The translations under genes were made by a program, and so were the position numbers. Of a DNA stretch of 64,000 nucleotides, positions 48,440-62,520 are shown one piece after another (within the stretch, counting starts at the first letter, position 1; each line of letters starts with the position of its first letter). Origin of the DNA: Carcharhinus amblyrhynchos (lineage: Eukaryota); assembly GCA_965287045.1 (NCBI GenBank), contig OZ336881.1:66650001-66714000 (forward strand), written 5' to 3'. Under the pieces are notes generated by a model. It was not told the origin of the DNA and did not search any database. It was given only the letters and a program-made list of their open reading frames with translations.

Positions 48440-49505
48440 TGAGGAGAATTGCAACAGACACCTACAGACGCTGAAAGATGCCCTCATAAGAACAGAATAA
48501 CTCATTGATCGACAGTTTTGACATGCCACTGCGAAAAACCACGCTGACCTCCTCATCAGAAGACAAACACGGGACAGGGCAGACAGAATACCCTTCGTCG
48601 TCTAGTACTTCACCGGAACAGAGAAGCTACAACATCTTCTCAGGAGCCTTCAACATGTCATCAGTGAAGATGAACATCTCGCCAAGGCCATCCCCACACC
48701 TCCACTTCTTGCCTTCAAACAACTGCACAACCTCAAACAGACGATTGTCCGCAGCAAACTACCCAGCCTTTAGGAGAACAGTGACAACGACACCACACAA
48801 CCCTGCCAGAGCAACCTCTGCAAGATGTGCCAGATCATTGACACGGATGCCATCATCTCACGTGAGAACACCACCCACCAGGTACATGGTACATACACTT
48901 GCAACCCGGCCAACGTTGTCTACTTGATATGCTGCAGGAAAGGATGTCCCGAGGCATGGTACACTGAAAAGACCATGCAGACGCTATGACACGGATGAAT
49001 GAACACGGCTCGACAATCACCAGGCAGGTGTGTTTTCTTTCTGTCGGGGAACTCTTCAGCAGTCATGGGCATTCAGCCTCTGATCTTGAGGTAAGCATTC
49101 TCCAAGGCGGCCTTCATGACGTATGACAATGCAGAATCGCTGAGCAGAAACTAATAACCAAGTTCCGCACACATGAGGACGGCCTCAACCTGGATCTTGG
49201 GTTCATGTCACACTACCTGTAACCCCCACAACTTGCTTGGGCTTGTAAAATCTCACTAACTGTCCTCACTGGAGACAATACACACCACTTTAACCTGCCT
49301 GTGCTTAACCCTCTCTCCACTCAGATTGTCTGTACCTTTAAGACTCGCATTCGAACCATTATCTTGTAAACTGAGTTTGTGTCTATATATGCCCTGTTTG
49401 CGAACACAACTCCTCACTCACCTGAAGAAGGAGTGACACTCCGAAAGCTTGTGCTACCAAATAAACCTGTTGGACTTTAACCTGGTGTTGTGAGACTACT
49501 TACTG
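48440..49505 (+). mobile_element. Penelope-like element (family 1), 5'-truncated
   Basis: Colinear with 43741-44490. Includes RT thumb/linker, GIY-YIG remnant and terminal repeat. Inserted in a GC-rich TIR-like element starting ~47888. Confidence 0.85.
49419..49453 (+). ncRNA. Minimal type I hammerhead ribozyme motif (PLE family 1)
   Basis: cac-CUGAAGA-a-ggagu-gac-acucc-GAAA-GC-UU-gug: perfect stem II and AAGCUU palindrome. Confidence 0.72.
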
Positions 49506-52500
49506 AGCTTCTGATTGGCAGCGTTTCTGCTCCCAGGGTGCAGGATTCTAGGGGAGAGCCGCCTCTGGTCACTTAATACGATGGGCCTTCCCCAATAAAC
49601 TCGACAGTGGTCTGTCCCCCATTACCTGGTTTAAATTATGTTCACTGAATGGGTGAATACTGTGATTTATCACCTTAGGGTTGTTTATGGAGGGAATAAA
49701 TCAGGGAATGATCATTCAAATTTCAACGTAGCTAAATGGAAATTACGTTACTGGATTGGCAGAAGGAAGATTGATGTGCTAAATCAAGATATACTTAGGG
49801 TATTGGACTGAGAGAGCAATCTTGGGGCTTTAGTGGTACCATGTTCCCAGACTGTTAAAGGAGTAGCAGAATATTGAGATACATGGTAAGAGTATAACAT
49901 ATAAGCAAGAGAGGTCATGTCAAATCTTTATCTGGCCATGGGAAGACAACTTTTGTAGTATTGCTGTGGTTTTGGTCTTCCTGTTTCAAGCATGATGCTC
50001 AGTTACTGAAAGATCTCAGGAATCAAGTACAATGTGATTAAATACCCTGATTTTTCTCTCTTTTGTAGCCCCATGTTCTCTTAGAATCATAAAAAGTTTA
50101 CAGCACAGAAAGAGGCCACTTGGCCCATCATGTCTGTGCCACCCCGCCTAATTCCACTTTCCAGCTTTTGGTCCCTAGCCCAGCAGGTTCCAGCACTTCA
50201 GGTCCATATCCAGACATCTTTAAATGAATTGAAGGTTCCTGCCTCTACTACCCTTCCAGGCAGTGAGTTCCAAATTCCTACTATTCTCTGCGTGAAAATA
50301 AATTTCATCATTCCCCCCACCCCCCAATCTTTCACTAATCATCTTAAATCTGTGCCTCTTAGTTATTCACTCCTCAGCTCAGGAAAAGAGGTCCCTCCCA
50401 TCCACTCAACCAGGCCCCTCACAAATTTGTACACCTCAATCAAACCTCCCTTTAGCCTCCTCTGCTCCAAGGAGAACAAGCCTATCCAATCTTTCCCCAT
50501 AGCTGCAACTTTTCTGTCCCGGCAACATCCTCATAAGTCTCCTCTGTCCCCTCTCAAATGCAACTATATCCTTTCTGCAATGAGGTGACCAGAAGTATAC
50601 ACAGTACTTAAGTTGTGGTCTACCTAACGTTTGATATAGTTCCAGCATAATGTTGCTGCTCTTCTCTGCCTCGGCTAATAAATGAAAGGATTCCAAATGC
50701 CTTTTTAACCATCTTATCAACTCATCCAGCTCCCTTCAAAGATCTGTGGACATTCACTGCAAGGTCTCTCACTTCCTTTGCACCACTCAATATTGATTCT
50801 GTTATCCTTTGCCTTGTTTGACCTCCCCAAAACACATTTCTCTGGGTTGAATTCCATTTGCCACTTTTCTGTCCACGTGACCTGTTGCAAGTGTAAGTAC
50901 TTCATTGTGTGGTTTTGTGCGAAGCGTTTTCAACTGATCTTACAGAGGCAGAATCTGCGTGGCAGTGTCACATGACTACAGCAAGCCTGTTGGTACAGCT
51001 TCCAAAAACTTCCAAAACCCAAACATGACTAATCCATTGATAACTTCCTGCAGTCTACAGCAATCCTTCTCACTATCAAACTCTGCTTCCAATTTTTGTT
51101 TTGTCTGCCAACTTCTTGATCAATACCCTCACATTGACATCCAAATCGTTAATATATACCACAAAAAGCAGTGGATCTAGTAATGAGCCCTACAGAATTC
51201 CAATGGAAATAGCCATTCAATATCAAAAATACTCGTCAACAATTAACTTTAGCTTCCTTCCACTGGGGCAATCTTGTATCCAGCTTGCCACATTTCCCCT
51301 GGATCCTGTAGGCCTTTATTTTTTTATTTGGGACCATGCGTAATCCTTGCATACAACAGACTGAATCTTCAATGTGTATGTCACAGTATCCTGTCTATTT
51401 ATCATTGCTTCTTAATTCAACTAAATGCTGACTATCGCGTTTTTTGAGGATTGTGAAAATATTCATGTTGTAACAATTTACTATTTCATATTCCAAATGT
51501 CTCCATTTCTCTTTTAAAGTGTTAATACAAACTCTTCTAGATGTACAAAAGAAGTCATAAAGCTATAATAGGGAGGGATTCAGAGAAATTAAAGTTTATT
51601 CATTAGGCTTACATTATCACTACAATGAAGTTACTGTGAAAATCCCCTAGTTGCCACACTCCGGTGCCTGTTCAGGACAGGGGGAAATTTAGCATGGTCA
51701 GTGCATCTAACTTGCACATTTTTGGACTGTGGGAGCACTCGGAGGAAATGCACACAGACATGGGGAGAAGTGCAGACCCTGCACAGACAGTGACCCAAGT
51801 TGGGAATCAGAAGCCAGGTCACTGGCACTGTGAGGCAGCAGCGCTAACCATTAGCCACCGTGTCATGCACAAAAGCACATTGGCCTATTTCTTGTGTTCT
51901 TACATTACCAGCCCCAGAAACTCAGTGCCCAAAAGAATCGATCTATTTCTTCATCACAGAAAACACTTTGGTGGCCTATGATGTATGCACCCAGTGATAA
52001 TAGACTACAGTTGAAAATCTGGCTTTCTTTATCTCTGATACCCTAATCTAAAAAATAAATATGCTTGCCTCTTCTTTTATTTCCCATAATTGACCTTTAA
52101 ATAGAGGTTGTCATCATGGAAGTGATTGATGCCAAGTTGCGAGAGAGTCATAACCAGAGACTGAGCAACGTTCAAAAGAATGACCCAAGCTGAGAAAATA
52201 AGGTTGCCGAAATCTGGCTGCCGTTCATGCCAGCGGAATCGTACGGTCCTGCCAATGTGCACCACCACTATAGGCCTCCCGGCGATGAGAGGTGCATCCA
52301 ATGGGAAACCCTGCTGGCAATGGCGGAGCCGTAAGAGATCCCATCACCAGCGAGCAATGTGCCCCCTCCCGAAACCGGGAAACATGCCACGGAGAGGGAG
52401 GAAAATCCCATCTGGTGTTTTTTTTTGGCCAAAGTAGATAGAACTTCATGGGCTACCTTCAGTAGAATAGTTTATTGGCAAAAATTGTACCTAAGTATTT

Positions 52501-53575
52501 GTACTGCTTCATTCCTGATCAAAATATTTCCTATACTTCATTAAATAGACAGCCTTTAAAAACAATTGCAGAATGGGACGATTTCCACCTCGCACTTGCC
52601 AGTCGACTGCCCACCAGCATAATCTTCTGAAAGACAGCATCCTAATTGCCTCCATGCCCATCCTTCAATAAATAAGACGTGGGTTCCTGAGGCCGCAGGC
52701 ACTGAACAAACCCCTGGCAGAGGTGGGCACTGCCACGGTCCGAGAGCAAACACCAGGGTGCCTCCCATCTAGAGGCACCTTCAGAGAAGGCATTACATTC
52801 TACACTTACAATGTGGTCACAGCTGCCAGGTCAGCCCTGTGGAGGATCCCCTGTGGCCACAGCTGTGACCTGCTGATCCCTGCATCTCTTTTGTGAGGGT
52901 AGTAGGGACAGGGAGCTGAAAGAGGCAAGGTGAACCCTCCAACCGTTTGCTGGTTAGCCCCTGGGCGTTACCTGAGTTGGGGGACTGTCCACCATGGTGA
53001 TGATCCACCGCCAGGCATGTAGCTGCTCCCTTTGCTGACGCAGTATGGGCGGGTAAGGTGGCAAAGTGATTATCACTGCTGCCTCACAGCATCAGGGACC
53101 CAGGTTCAATTCCGACCTTGGATAACTGGCTGTCTGGAGTTTGTACATTCTCCCCATGTCTGCGTGGGTTTCCTCTGGGTGATCTAGTTTCCTCCCACAA
53201 GTCCAAAGTTGTGTGGGTTAGGTTGATTGGCCCTGCTAAATTGCCCCTTAGTGTCTGGGGAATTAGTAGGGTAAATACGTGGGGTTATGCAGATAGGGCT
53301 TGGGTAGGATTGTTGTCAGTGCAGGCTGGATGGGTCGAATGGCCTCCTTCTGCACTGTAGGGGTTCTGTGATCTACAGCGGGGCTGCCCAGGAGTGCACA
53401 AACTAATGACTTGGCGACTTCGCATGAACCTTTTTTCTAGGTCCTTCCTCCAAGATTACCTTCCTGGGACTGGGAAAATTCCGTGTCTAGAGTTCTGAAA
53501 CCTTTGGCCACACCGGCATCAAGGCTGAATTGGTTCAGCAACTACAAACTGATTATGGTTCCAAATGTCACTTAC

Positions 53576-53650
53576 AGTTCCATTAAGTCCAGAAGATTAA
53601 CAAAGGCCTGAGATTCAATTCTCTCCAAGGAATCGCTCTGGGAAATATCA
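53576..53650 (-). CDS. LHCGR: LH/CG receptor exon 3 (LRR), 75 bp
   Basis: AG acceptor (53652-53651) and GTAAG donor. Translates DISQSDSLERIESQAFVNLLDLME(L); human exon 3 is [25 protein letters not shown]. Phase 2-2. Confidence 0.93.
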
Positions 53651-54656
53651 CTGAAAGATAAGGACACACGGAAGAAACAAATTATTCCACAGGCTGTAGA
53701 ATTATAAAGTTAACATGCCCGAGTCCAAACAGATCATTGCTCAGTACGTATCACACATACTCAGAATGGGCTTAAGGGTGCCACTTTCAGAGCCAGGCTA
53801 CCCCTGATTACTCTGGAAGGCTAAGGTATTTCAAAAAACTTGAGCAACAGGTGAAGTTAGCCATTTCACATTATTACTATATGGCAGCAACATAATTGGT
53901 ATTTTCCCCTAACAGAATGCTGCTGTTAAGCCAACATTCTGCCCATCACACAGATGTGTAATGTGGTATGTGAATCTCAGTGGGCATTATGGTGCATCGT
54001 CCACCCTCCTTGTATCTTCCTACCCAGCCAGCGTGGTGTCACACCAGCGTGAATCACTACAGCTCCTAAGAGATGGAGACTTGGCATCATGACCTCCGAG
54101 GGGGAGGTCAGAGACGATCACGCACTTCACCACTACCCACCAGAGGACCCAAGGGGAGAGGGCACTGGACAGCTCTGGAAGTGGGAGAGGGGGGTGGGGA
54201 ATGTGGGGGTAACAACAAGGATAGCTGTCAGGGGTTTTTGATTTTCATGACAGACAGCCCCACTCCCCAGTAGGCCTCACTGTCTGAATGCGAGCATCCA
54301 GGTGTGACCAGGAGACCCAAATCCCTCCTGAAAGAACCTTCAGTGGTTCCGTGCACATGGGCAGGAGGGTTTAGAGATGTTCTCACTGCGACACAATTCC
54401 AGAAACTCCAGAATGAAGGAGGACACTTGGGTAACCCTTTTGAGCGTGGCCCCTCTGCAGGCAAAAGGAACATGTCCAACATTCTAATTGTCTAATTCAT
54501 AAAATGCCTTTTACGAATTAAACAACAGAATGAGGGACAGTAGTTCCCTAGTGCATTCTGAATGCAACACAACCAGAGTCAACTTGCCAACCAATCAGCA
54601 CCTTTTTCTCATGAAGTATAAACATTTGCTCTCTTTGAAATTTGGCATTCTTGTAT

Positions 54657-54692
54657 CTATCCTGATGAGTGCATAATGAAAAGCTTCAACAA
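54657..54692 (+). ncRNA. Hammerhead motif of PLE family 2 (core intact, stems eroded)
   Basis: CUGAUGA-gugcauaau-GAAA-AGCU-UC. Sister copies with a mutated GAAA at 12842-12877(+) and 58837-58872(-). Stem I uuguc/gacaa is visible at 12842-12877. Confidence 0.55.
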
Positions 54693-54758
54693 TATGTCAT
54701 TTTTTTTCCAGCAATTCTCAATTATTTTCTCATCCAAATTGCAGTTGAATGAAATTAA

Positions 54759-55684
54759 GGGGATGATTTTACTATTCTTTGTTTAAATGCTGGACGAACT
54801 CGAAACTGGGAGAGTTTCAGATCCGTCTTTTGGAAGTGTTTTTGGGCCCCCCCCTCTCCACCCCGTACGCACTCTGCTTGCAAAATTCTGCTGCAGATGC
54901 CTGTAGATGGGACTTAATGCACCTGAAAGCCTGCAGAGAGAGGTAGCGTTTATGCACAGGCCTTTGATGCTGTACATGCGCATTAGCAGTGGCAGGGGTC
55001 TGACAAAAAAGAGAGCTGTCAGGCCCCTGCTGGTGCAGACAGCCTGAAACAGCCCCACCCCCCACCCACAAATGCGGAATTTCACAGCCTTAGATACAGC
55101 CCCTGCTGACTACTCCCCTCATCACCCAGACCGATCAGGGATCCCCTCCCTCTGCCACAATCACTACAGATTGTGCAACCCCTCCCCCATTAGTCCTGCC
55201 CCTACTGGCCCCTTGCCCCATTAGCCCCACCCTGGCACTCCCCAGTGGGCATTGCCTAGGTGCCATACTGGCATTGCTCAGATGCCAGAGTGGCACTACC
55301 AGTCTGGCACTGCCCCCCTTGCCCTTATCCTCCCCAGGGGGCCTGAATGGTCTACAGTTCCCCCAGCAAGGCCAAGTCGACTGTTTCCCATTCATGGGGA
55401 GCATGCCTATTCCTCCCTAGCGAGAACCTTTCCTGGTGAGGTCATAAAGAGGGCTTGCCCAGATGACTGAGCGCCGGGCTGGCTAAGCAGATGTTAAACA
55501 GCATTTAAATAAATTTAAATATATTAACATACCTCTTACCCATTTTTGGTGAGAGGCTGACCGTGCCAGACACCTGGCGCTTATAAAATGGTGCCAGTCA
55601 CGAAAACCGGTGCCAACTGTGCTAATCACTTTACGCCCCACTTCACCACCGCACAGAAAACAGGTAATGGTAAAATCGCCCCCC
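54759..55684. mobile_element. Non-autonomous TIR DNA transposon (PIF/Harbinger-like)
   Basis: TAA-GGGGATGATTTTAC ... GGTAAAATCGCCCCCC-TAA. First ~150 bp resemble those of the 22800 element. Confidence 0.7.
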
Positions 55685-58600
55685 TAAGTTTGTGAATTGA
55701 AATTTTTATCTGGATCCTTTTGTGTGGGTTATGTATGACTGATATTGGACACTAATTATCAGCGGTAATTTTAGACTACAGTGTTATAGTTACAATGACT
55801 TTGACCTGACCCAAAACTGCGGTGAACTGTTCGTCCTCTAGTCTCCTCTTCTTGAGAACAATAGACTGGATTTTAAACCCAAATCTTTACACATCTCTTA
55901 ATCCTACTTTCAAAACAAAATCACTTTCAAATCCCATTCCTTAAAGAAGGTGTTAATTAAGGTAAATGGAGCACGTGGCCACTTTTCAATCTCCGAGCAC
56001 AACTTCCTTGGCATTGCTCACAGTGAGTGGAGAGCTTTATAAAAAGTGTTGTTATGATGTGTAACATTAACAGGACCATAGACTCATCAGTTTTCAAGCA
56101 TCTCTGGGACATGAAGGCACTTTGAAGGCGGCCGAGGAATTGGTTAAGATCCCAGGGGCGGGGGTCATGGCATCCAGCACTTTCTTTTGAATGGGGACGA
56201 GTTTCCAAGATTGTGAGCACTGGGAGGTTGTCAAGTGGTGCCTAGACACTGGTTATAGGAAGACTGGGGCTGAGGGATCCAGAAGCGAGGGCAGATAGCA
56301 AAGGCAGTAGGTTGAGGTGGATTTCTTGAGAAGAGAGCTGATGACAATGGTTTTGAAAGGGTAGGTGACAGTTGTAGAGGAGAGGGAGAAATTTGCATTG
56401 TCAGTTTGCATGGGCAAGAGGAAGGGAAGTTGGGTGGTCGGCAGCTTATTGGAAATGGGCTCAGGCAGCAGAAGAGTGTTCTCCTAGATAAGCTCCCTCC
56501 ACATCCAGTTTTATTCTTCAAATTTCAGAAAGAATAAGAGGGGAAAAGGGAGAAAAAGGGGAGAAAGAGAAAATAAGATCTGCCTGGAGGAAGTTAGGCA
56601 TTATGAATATAGCAGTAGAGGGTAACTCAACAAGTAATCTCCATCCTGGTCACAAAACAATCCATGAATCCCTCACACTTAGGAGGTGAGAAGAAGAAGA
56701 TGGATGAAAGTGGCACAAAGTCGTCTCAGGCGACCTTTGCTAGTGTTTCGTTTCTTCTTCCCTGATTTAGTAAAAGTGCTACATTAATTATTTTCAATTC
56801 CAAAGGAGGGTAAGCATAAGATCTAAATTTTATAGTGCAGAAGGTCATCCAGCCTCTCTGTCAAAATAATCAGATGGTTCCAACCACTGGGCCATCTATT
56901 TTATTTAATGGACCTTTATCCACATCTATTTTAAAAGCTTGATGAAATCTGCATCCACCTTTATTTCTTGCCAGGGATTCTATGGGCTAACATTCTTGTA
57001 CATTTTCCACAGCTATTGACCACAGATTGGCTGGAAGTTCTTGGTGGGCAGGACATCTGCCCTGAGGGTCTTTGATCCAAGGGGAAATCAAATGCTGTCC
57101 AGCTGGTTTATTGCCTGACTGGTCTCGATCTTATTTCCAGGCACATGTCGAAAATGTTTGTCTTTGAGAAAATATTGCATTTCCAATGTTTATTCTATTT
57201 ATGATGCTTGTAACACATTCTGAAGATGCATTTTGATAACTGAAGACAAATCTGCTCCAAGGACATAATTGCTGTGATATCACAAGGGCTAACGAGCTAT
57301 GGACAGTTTGATATAGTGTTCAACTCAGAAACCATTTGCACATATTCTTATTGTAACAGATCTGCTCAATGATAAACAGAGATTGATGAAAGTTTATTCA
57401 CACAAAATATGAAAGTCCTGGAATTTCCTCAAATTTCCACTGATTTACTGACTTGTACTTTAGCTGGTCTTCTTTGAGTATGTTATTTGTTTTCACTAGA
57501 ATATAAAAACCAAAGTCAAACAAGCAGAAGACATTGCAAACAAATCAGGCTTGAGGAAGTTGTAGAGCTTACACAATGGGTGGCATTGATTTTCTCTTGG
57601 ATCAAAGCCCCTCAGAGCAGAAGTACTGCCCACCAAAAGCTTCCAGCCAATCAGTGGTCAATAGCTCTTCAACGATGAGCAGTGCCACCGAGAACTGTTG
57701 AGATAGGAATGCCATGGAACCAGGGACAGGGGAGTGATTACAGGAAGGAGGTGGCGGGTTGTGCAAAATGGGTGTGGAGGAGGATTTTGGTAACAAGTTC
57801 AGGGGCAGGCTCTGGGTGGAACCCCTCTCCGAATCCAGAAGGTTGCAAGCAAAGCCAAGGTTTCTCCACTGGATTCCCCACTCACACCAATCACCAAATG
57901 CACTGTGGGAGGGATGGGAGAATTCCACCCGATAAGTGGCAGAGGTTATTACTGAATCATCTCCAAAGATCAAAGCAACTTGTGTGCAGGAGAAAAACTG
58001 GTGTAAGCTATAGCAAAGTTTCCTTCTTCTGATGAGCTGCAATCTGTTCTTTCATCATTTTTTTTGCTGCAAGTTTTCAGGAAATTTACTGTCAGTTTAC
58101 ATTCTGGTAAACAACTGGTATCATATGTGTTTATCTGACTCGGAAAGTGTTCTGTTCTCTTTTGCATTAGTACATGGTGTCCAAACTGAGTGATCAGCTA
58201 ACTACTGCATCTTTTTCAACTCAATTATCCAACTATATCTCGCTGTGTTAAGACAACCCAAGTTTTGCACATAGTTAACTGGAGCATAGTTCAGATCTAA
58301 GCAATTCCAGTCAACCAAAACTGTTCTTTATGCATGGAGTTCAAGTTAGCTGACTTACCCCCCATTCACTCTGAATGTGTACAGTTTTAGTGGACAAAAC
58401 AGCCACTGTGTAAAATTCCAGCTGATTAATAATTTCTCCCTTCTATCCCATTACATCAAAATAATTTATAACTAAAGACTTTACATTTGCCTTCCCAAAT
58501 ACAAAATAACTCAGCAAAACTATTGCGGAGGCTAGAAGTCTGAAACAAAAGGAAGCAGAAAATACTGGGAAGAGTCAGTAGGTTTGACAGCATCTGTGGA

Positions 58601-58836
58601 GAGAGAACCAGAATTAATGATTCTGGTCAATGACCTTTGGTCAGAACTTGGAAAAGTTAGAGATGGTAATGGGTTCTAAGCATGTGCAAAGAGGGAGGGT
58701 GAAAAGAACTAAAAGGCAAATCTTACTCAAGATGGAAGGATGGAGAGATTAAATCACAAAAGGGCTCATGTTGTAAGGTTGAGTTAATGCTCACTATCTG
58801 CAACAAGTTAATATACAATTGCTGAACAAAAGACAT

Positions 58837-60060
58837 TTGTTGAAGCTTTTTGTCTTCCACTCATCAGGACAATCACAAGAATACCAATGTCAAGTGGAAA
58901 CAGCAACATTGCATCATATGAATAGAGAGTGCTGACTGGTTGGCAAGTGGACTGTGATTGGTGGAGGTGTTGCCATGGAGAATGTTCCAGTTAATGGTGA
59001 CTGCCAATTAACTGCCAGGCATCATTTGAAAATTTAAACTAGGCAGATTGACTCTGATTGATCAGGACATTGTCATGAGGAATGAACCAGAATGGCTGCC
59101 ACTTATTTTGTTCAGCTGAAATAGGGCAATGTGTGTACAATGTTCTGTCTGCAAAAAACAAATAGGGTCCTGTGCCTTAATATAATTAGTTTCCAGTATA
59201 TACAAATACACCACACTCCAAGCCTGACTGACAGTCTTAAATTGGTTTTTGGTGTAATTTTTAGCACATAGAGGGTTATTTAGCAAATGTTGTTCAATCA
59301 CGGAATCCCATCTAGTGTTGGACGCTGTGTTTTCCATTTTTGCAAACACAAGCTGGTTGGGTATGGTTTGTACCTTGGCCATTGTGAACAGTGAAAGGAA
59401 TATGTTGTTTGATTTGATCCACCAGTCATTGGGATGCGCAGCCTACATGCCAAGCATTCATATATCACACTACTCATTTGTGTGCAGTCAGAAAGTCTTT
59501 TTGACTTGACGGCAGCATCCTATTGGTGGTGAATTCCACTCACATTGCTGTTGTGTAATAGCTGCGTGATTCAGCTAACTTCACATGTTGCTCAGATGTT
59601 TGACAGAGATCTTGCCCATATTAATCTGGGGTGGACTGGGTACCTTTCAGTGCCTAAAGTGACAGAGTTAGGCCAGTTCATGGGTTTGTGCGATTATACA
59701 GCATGAAATGATCTGATCAGGAGGTTGCCTTTGATGCACCCGATTTCAGCATCAAGGCTGCATGATGAGCAAATGGCTCGGGCCCTATTTGCAAGGCTGC
59801 CAATAAGACCAACATTACAGCATGTGAAGCTATAAGAATCTTAATGTGTATATTGACCACTGTATATTGCAATAGAGGATGGTAGAGAACCCCTGGCAGA
59901 TTTCTCAACATGTATGTCAAGGAAAAAGGGAATTCATTTGACTGTTCCATGTCAAAGGTGAATTTGAGCACAGGTTGCAGCCCATCAAGACATACAAGAA
60001 CATTATTACATATATGGATGCTATGTGTTGAAACACATTTGTATGCACTGGAAGCTGCAT
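58837..60060 (-). mobile_element. Penelope-like element (family 2) remnant
   Basis: SVIEQHLLNNPLCAKNYTKNQFKTVS...ILETNYI (GIY-YIG C-half) and LKFTFDMEQSNEFPF (PLE RT motif). Terminal repeat with hammerhead remnant. Terminal-repeat-only copies at ~12690-12925(+) and 54570-54720(+). Confidence 0.75.
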
Positions 60061-61264
60061 ACATTGCTACAAAAGTTCTGTTCTTTGCAGACTTGGGGGA
60101 AGGGGCTTTTTCTATGTGACAGGCACTAGATAAATATGTTGTTTTACCTCTCTTCATCCTTTCTGTTGAAATGCTTCACTTTGCATTTCTCTCCATTAAA
60201 TTGCATTTGCCCTGCTTCTGCCTGTTTCATCCATCTATATCCTCCTCAAGCCTGTTTAAAGTTTATTTATTAGTGTCACATGGGGCGGTACAGTGGTTAG
60301 CACTGCTGCCTCACAGCAGCAGGGACCATGTTCAATTCCCAGCTTGGGTCACTGTGTGGAGTTAGCACGTTCTCCCTGTGTCTGCGTAGGTTTCCCCCGG
60401 GTTCTCTGGCTTCCTCCCACAATCCGAAAGATGTGCTGGTTAGGTGTAAATCCACTTGTGACCATTAAATAAACTTTACTTTAGGCTTACATTAACACTG
60501 CCATGAAGTTACTGTGAAAATCCCTTAGTCGCCACACTCCGGCATCTGTTTGGATACACTGAGGGAGAATTTAGTGTGGCCAATGCGCCTAACCAGCACG
60601 TCTTTCAGATGGTGGGAGGAAACTGGAGCACACAGACACGGGGAGAACATACAGCCTCCACATAGACAGTGACCCAAGCTGGGAATTGAACCTGGGTCCC
60701 TAGCGCTGTGAGGTAGCAGTGCTATCCACTGTGCCACCATTAATATCCTTCTCATCATCTACCAATTTTCTAAGTTTTGCAACATCTGCAATGTTTGAAA
60801 CCATACCTTGTTTACCCAAGGGTTGTTGCGAATATATGAGTGATATCGGGAGAAAAGCTTTCAAATAATAAGATAGAAGGCAAATATTTAAGAACATTAC
60901 GATCAGTTTAAGGAAGATTTATATCTTGTAGGTAGTCAGAGTGACAGGTGGCAAATCTAAATGGAACACTGGTACACTGTGAGCGGGGCAAAGGTATACG
61001 GGTCGGTCGACAAAGTTATTTAACCATCAACCAAATACTTAGCTGTAGTTAAAAAGATAAATAAGGTACAGGTTGTACTACAGAAAAACACAGTGAACTA
61101 AAGAAGTTATTGCTGTTGGCGGTATGGGTCCCTCCCTAGATAGAACTGTGTGCCTAGCTCTGTCACTGAATTAATTTCACAATAACAGCTCTTGGAATGA
61201 AGGTGATTCCAAATGTCTGGAATTCAGGCTTTGAAAAAGAATTGCAGTTGCATTGGGGGAACGG

Positions 61265-62520
61265 TTACTGTAGCATAGTGACTGTGTCATTGGACGAGTA
61301 AGTCAGAGGCTTGGGTTATTATCTCGGGACATGGGTTCAAATCCCACGACACAGCCAGGGATTTTAAATTGATTTAATTCAATAAACCTGGAATTAAGAA
61401 AAGCTAGTGGCAAAAATGTTGACAATAAAACTACTGGACTGTCATAAAAACCCATCTGGTTCACAAATGTCCTTTAGGGAATGAAATCTGCCATCCTTAC
61501 CTCATTGGACTCCAGACCCATAGGAAAGCACTTGACTCCTAACTATCATCTGAAATGGCCTAGTAAGTTATGAATCATCAAAACACCATAAACAAAAGTA
61601 TAAGAGTAATAAAACTGGATGGATCACCTGGCATCAACTCAGGCACTGGTGCCACAGGCCCAGCCCAGTCAACTCTACAAGTTGTCCTCAATAAAGTCTG
61701 GGGAATGTGCCAAATTTGGGAGACTTTACCATAAGACGTAGGAGCAGAATTAGGCCACTCGACTCTGCTGTGCCCTTCAATCATGGCTAATATTTTTCTC
61801 ACCCCAGTCTCATGCCTTTTCCCCATAACCATAATATGTTCTTATGAACCCATGATTCTTTTATTAATCAAGAACCTATCTTTCTCTGTCTTAAAGACAT
61901 TCAATGACCTGGCCTCCAAAGCCTTCTGTGGCAAAGGGTTCCACAGATCCACCACTCTCTGGCTGAAGAAATTCCTCCTCACCTCTGTTTTAAAGGATCG
62001 TCCCTTCAGCCTGAGGTTGCCCATAGACTGATGAAGCAACAGCTTGACAGTCACACTCACAGGCTGAAATCTTACCACCATTCACACCGGCGGGATTTTC
62101 CCATCCTGCTACAGCAAATGGAGATTTGGCTGGTCGCCAAACTCTTTGGCCGTGCTGCAGCGGGAGCGTTGTGTGAACGGCAGGTCAAATCATGCCCAGA
62201 AAATCATATCTTTCATCAAATATCCCAGATCTCATCTGGGCCTGTCCTGCCATTGAGACAGAGTTGGCGGCACAGGGATATATGGTCAGGAGCAGCTGGC
62301 CTTGGGAGTTCTCAACATTGACTCTGGACCCCATGAAGTTTCATGGCATCAGGTCAAATTAGAGCAGGAGAAAATACTGCTGGTGACCCACCTACTTCCT
62401 CTCCCAGCTGATGGATCAGTACTCCTCCATTTGGAACACGACTTGGAAGAAGCAGTAAGGATTGCAAGGGCACAGAATGTACTCTGGGTAAGGCTATTCA
62501 GTGCCCATCAAGTTTGCTGA
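61265..62520 (+). mobile_element. 5' end of a LINE with a tRNA-like head followed by APE-endonuclease-like coding remnant (interrupted by CR1 and a MITE)
   Basis: A-box-like TAGCATAGTG and B box GGTTCAAATCC at 61271-61344. Coding remnant GVLNIDSGPHEVSWHQVK...VLLHLEHDLEEAVRIARAQNVLWV (62302..62520). Confidence 0.6.

Noticed and set aside
60700-60897. LKAF-containing minus-strand ORF as candidate exon 2
   Set aside because: Lacks LRR spacing and flanking AG/GT sites at a ~72-bp distance; overlaps LINE/SINE sequence.
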